Assembly (NCBI GenBank): GCA_045631225.1
Contig: JAZQUG010000044.1
Location: forward strand, 46,700 to 110,699
Length of the DNA stretch: 64,000 nucleotides
Direction: 5' to 3'
Source of the DNA: Candidatus Fimenecus sp.
Lineage (GTDB): Bacteria > Bacillota > Clostridia > Oscillospirales > Acutalibacteraceae
A program made the position numbers and the translations under genes. The notes under the pieces were generated by a model, which was not told the origin of the DNA, searched no databases, and saw nothing but the letters and a program-made list of their open reading frames with translations. Shown in pieces: positions 62,734-64,000 of the stretch. How positions within the stretch are numbered: the first letter of the stretch is position 1; every line of letters starts with the position of its first letter.

Positions 62734-64000
62734 TTAACCCACACTGATATCCTCATAAGGTGTTTTAACTACATTTCGTTTTTCTTTTTTTGTGTTGAGT
62801 GCAATTGCAAGAGTTATCGGACCTATTCTTCCTAAATACATGGTCACAATAATAATAAGTTTTCCCCATATATCAAGTGACGAGGTCAGGTTTCTCGTAA
62901 GTCCTACTGTCGCCGTAGCACTTACAGTCTCATAGAGAATATCAATAACACTTGCATCTGTTACAAAAGAAAGAAGTACTGTTGAAATAAACATAATCGC
63001 AAAGGATGTTCCAACAACTGCTATAGATTTTTTTACAGCTTTTTGTGAAATCGCACGATTAAAAACCGTTATTTCGTCTTTATCTCTTACCATAGAATAA
63101 GCAGTTATGACAAGAACAGCAATAGTTACCGTTTTAACACCACCTGCTGTTCCGACCGGTGAACCGCCTATAAACATTAACAACAATGAAACAATCGCAG
63201 AAGAGTTTGTAAAATTTTCTTGTGGAATTGTTGCAAATCCCGCAGTTCTTGTTGTAACGGACTGAAAAAGAGAAATTTGAATCTTATCAAACAAATCCTG
63301 GTTGCCTATAGTCAAAGGATTGTTGTACTCAAATATAAAATACAACACTCCACCAGTGAAAACTAACAAAACCGTCATATATATAGCAATCTTACTATGC
63401 AGAGTCATTCTCTTAAAGCAATTCATTCTATGGGTTTTGTATAGTTTTACAACACGAATCAAGTCCCACCATACAACATAACCTATGCCACCTGTCACAA
63501 TAAGAAATGAGGTGACAATATTGATTATAGGATTTGTGGCATATTCGCACAAACTGTTTTCTGAAATAATATCAATTCCGGCATTGCAGAATGCAGAAAC
63601 AGAATTAAAAATCGAAATCCACACACCTTTTGCACCATATTGTGGCACAAAAACCATCATATACAGAAGTGCTCCGATTCCCTCAATAATAAATGTACCT
63701 GTAATCACTTTTTTTACAAACCTAACAAGTCCCGACAATGTGTTAAGATTAAAAGCATCCTGAAGAAGCAACCTGTCAGAAATTCCGATTTTTTTGTGAA
63801 GTACAATCATAAATCCTGATATTACTGTAATAATACCTAACCCACCGAGCTGAATAAGGCATAAAATTACTACTTGTCCGAAAACACTCCAGGTAGTTAC
63901 TGTCGGCAATGTAACAAGTCCCGTTACGCAGGTAGCTGTTGTCGCTGTAAAAAGAGCATCCACATAGGATACAGACTTTCCGTCTGCTGCACTTATCGGT
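62734..64000 (-). CDS. TrkH/KtrB-family potassium transporter membrane subunit (N-terminus probably beyond the window edge)
   Basis: Polytopic, with filter-like motifs TATCVTG/NAGID/TRTAGF/GTAGG. The reading frame stays open to the end of the window. Confidence 0.85.
   Translation of the reverse strand, partial: PISAADGKSVSYVDALFTATTATCVTGLVTLPTVTTWSVFGQVVILCLIQLGGLGIITVISGFMIVLHKKIGISDRLLLQDAFNLNTLSGLVRFVKKVITGTFIIEGIGALLYMMVFVPQYGAKGVWISIFNSVSAFCNAGIDIISENSLCEYATNPIINIVTSFLIVTGGIGYVVWWDLIRVVKLYKTHRMNCFKRMTLHSKIAIYMTVLLVFTGGVLYFIFEYNNPLTIGNQDLFDKIQISLFQSVTTRTAGFATIPQENFTNSSAIVSLLLMFIGGSPVGTAGGVKTVTIAVLVITAYSMVRDKDEITVFNRAISQKAVKKSIAVVGTSFAIMFISTVLLSFVTDASVIDILYETVSATATVGLTRNLTSSLDIWGKLIIIVTMYLGRIGPITLAIALNTKKEKRNVVKTPYEDISVG

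Overview
AT-rich, densely coding chromosomal window. Gene content points to a saccharolytic anaerobic Clostridia-type Firmicute; that taxon call is inference. I saw no rRNA, CRISPR array, integrase, transposase or phage structural gene. Left to right, the window holds: a hand-found 49-aa Cys-rich peptide gene; ilvN-leuC-leuD and galM (minus strand); and one tRNA-Gln(CUG) followed by two tandem structured repeats derived from the tRNA 3' end. Next come a beta-helix protein, an amidase and a tandem-fused ThyX (minus), divergent from a long plus-strand housekeeping operon (tmk, DUF2156, GNAT, DJ-1, MTHFS, mltG, U32 peptidase, YhhN, trmB). Then: a GPH transporter; an orphan consensus promoter driving a 36-aa sORF and a C-rich structured RNA; and apbE-NusG_II-Gx-rnfCDGEAB (minus). 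After that lies a secreted M23 peptidase with a divergent XRE regulator, bracketed by MITE/REP-like elements. Further right: Fe-ADH, a GSAM-like aminotransferase and a double class-II aldolase; DUF1015, VanZ and an orphan SBP; rmuC; GH3; and a YtrA-type GntR with an ABC ATPase and an 808-aa permease. The right end holds a glycan-utilisation block (GH51-like, GH38, GPH, Zn-ribbon protein, nagB, MFS, GH13, lipoprotein, EEP-fold protein) and two convergent Trk/Ktr potassium uptake gene pairs. I did not find a clear multi-gene novel system such as a defence island. The strongest unexplained signals are non-coding. (1) The tRNA-Gln-derived tandem structured modules. (2) A 16-bp palindrome, ACAAATTATAATTTGT, that recurs at transcription-unit boundaries and is often fused to hairpin-rich elements ending in GTAGGGG or CCCCGAYA; one of these elements carries an iteron-like array. 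(3) The sORF plus C-rich RNA locus next to rnf. (4) An array of ATATCGC half-sites upstream of ilvN. All coordinates and motifs were read by eye from the sequence, and no database search was possible.
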